A DNA stretch of 64,000 bases from a virus. Positions 63,934-64,000 of the stretch are shown here, piece after piece. The stretch is from positions 125,376-189,375 of the IMG/VR virus record IMGVR_UViG_3300019850_000189. One strand, 5' to 3'. The position numbers and the translations under genes were made by a program. Under the pieces are notes generated by a model, which was not told the origin of the DNA, did not search any database, and saw only the letters and a list, made by a program, of their open reading frames with translations. How positions within the stretch are numbered: position 1 is the first letter of the stretch; every line of letters begins with the position of its first letter.

Positions 63934-64000
63934 TAATCAATCGGCGCGCGATTTTAAGTGGTATTTTATTCATATACTTTAGTAATTCAAAGCCAAGCTC

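Noticed and set aside
1-64000. CRISPR array, tRNA or rRNA genes
   Set aside because: No regularly spaced repeats with unique spacers and no cloverleaf/T-arm consensus were seen by eye; the repeats found are coding or tandem duplications.

Overview
AT-rich, densely coding segment of a large (jumbo-type) tailed dsDNA bacteriophage genome. It is mostly + strand, uses genetic code 11, and shows no tRNA, rRNA or CRISPR array. Recognisable genes: T4 gp32-like SSB, UvsW-like helicase, tubulin/FtsZ (PhuZ/TubZ-like), minimal Pol X, ATP-dependent DNA ligase, a long eukaryote/Nitrososphaerota-type topoisomerase IB, RlaP-type nucleotidyltransferase, GGQ release-factor homologue, Hsp20, MazG, NUDIX, 5'-nucleotidase, SLT, nucleases, two MoxR-AAA/DUF2201-vWA systems and glycosyltransferases. 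Best candidate for an undescribed system is 42118-47349: two paralogous proteins with a shared N-terminal leader and strictly 4-residue-periodic His/Tyr/Cys/Asp cores, then two radical SAM (SPASM/Twitch) enzymes, two accessory ORFs and a glycosyltransferase. Other highlights: a CCA-adding enzyme split in two by a decayed Vsr/DUF559 endonuclease, a gene-split and reordered DUF2201/vWA pair flanking a giant MoxR, a catalytically dead PurH domain, a Csx15-like ORF, a GAAA-repeat frameshift in MazG, and two recurrent promoter motifs (TTTACA-N17-TATAAT and CATATATAG). All family assignments come from motif recognition by eye; no database searches were run.
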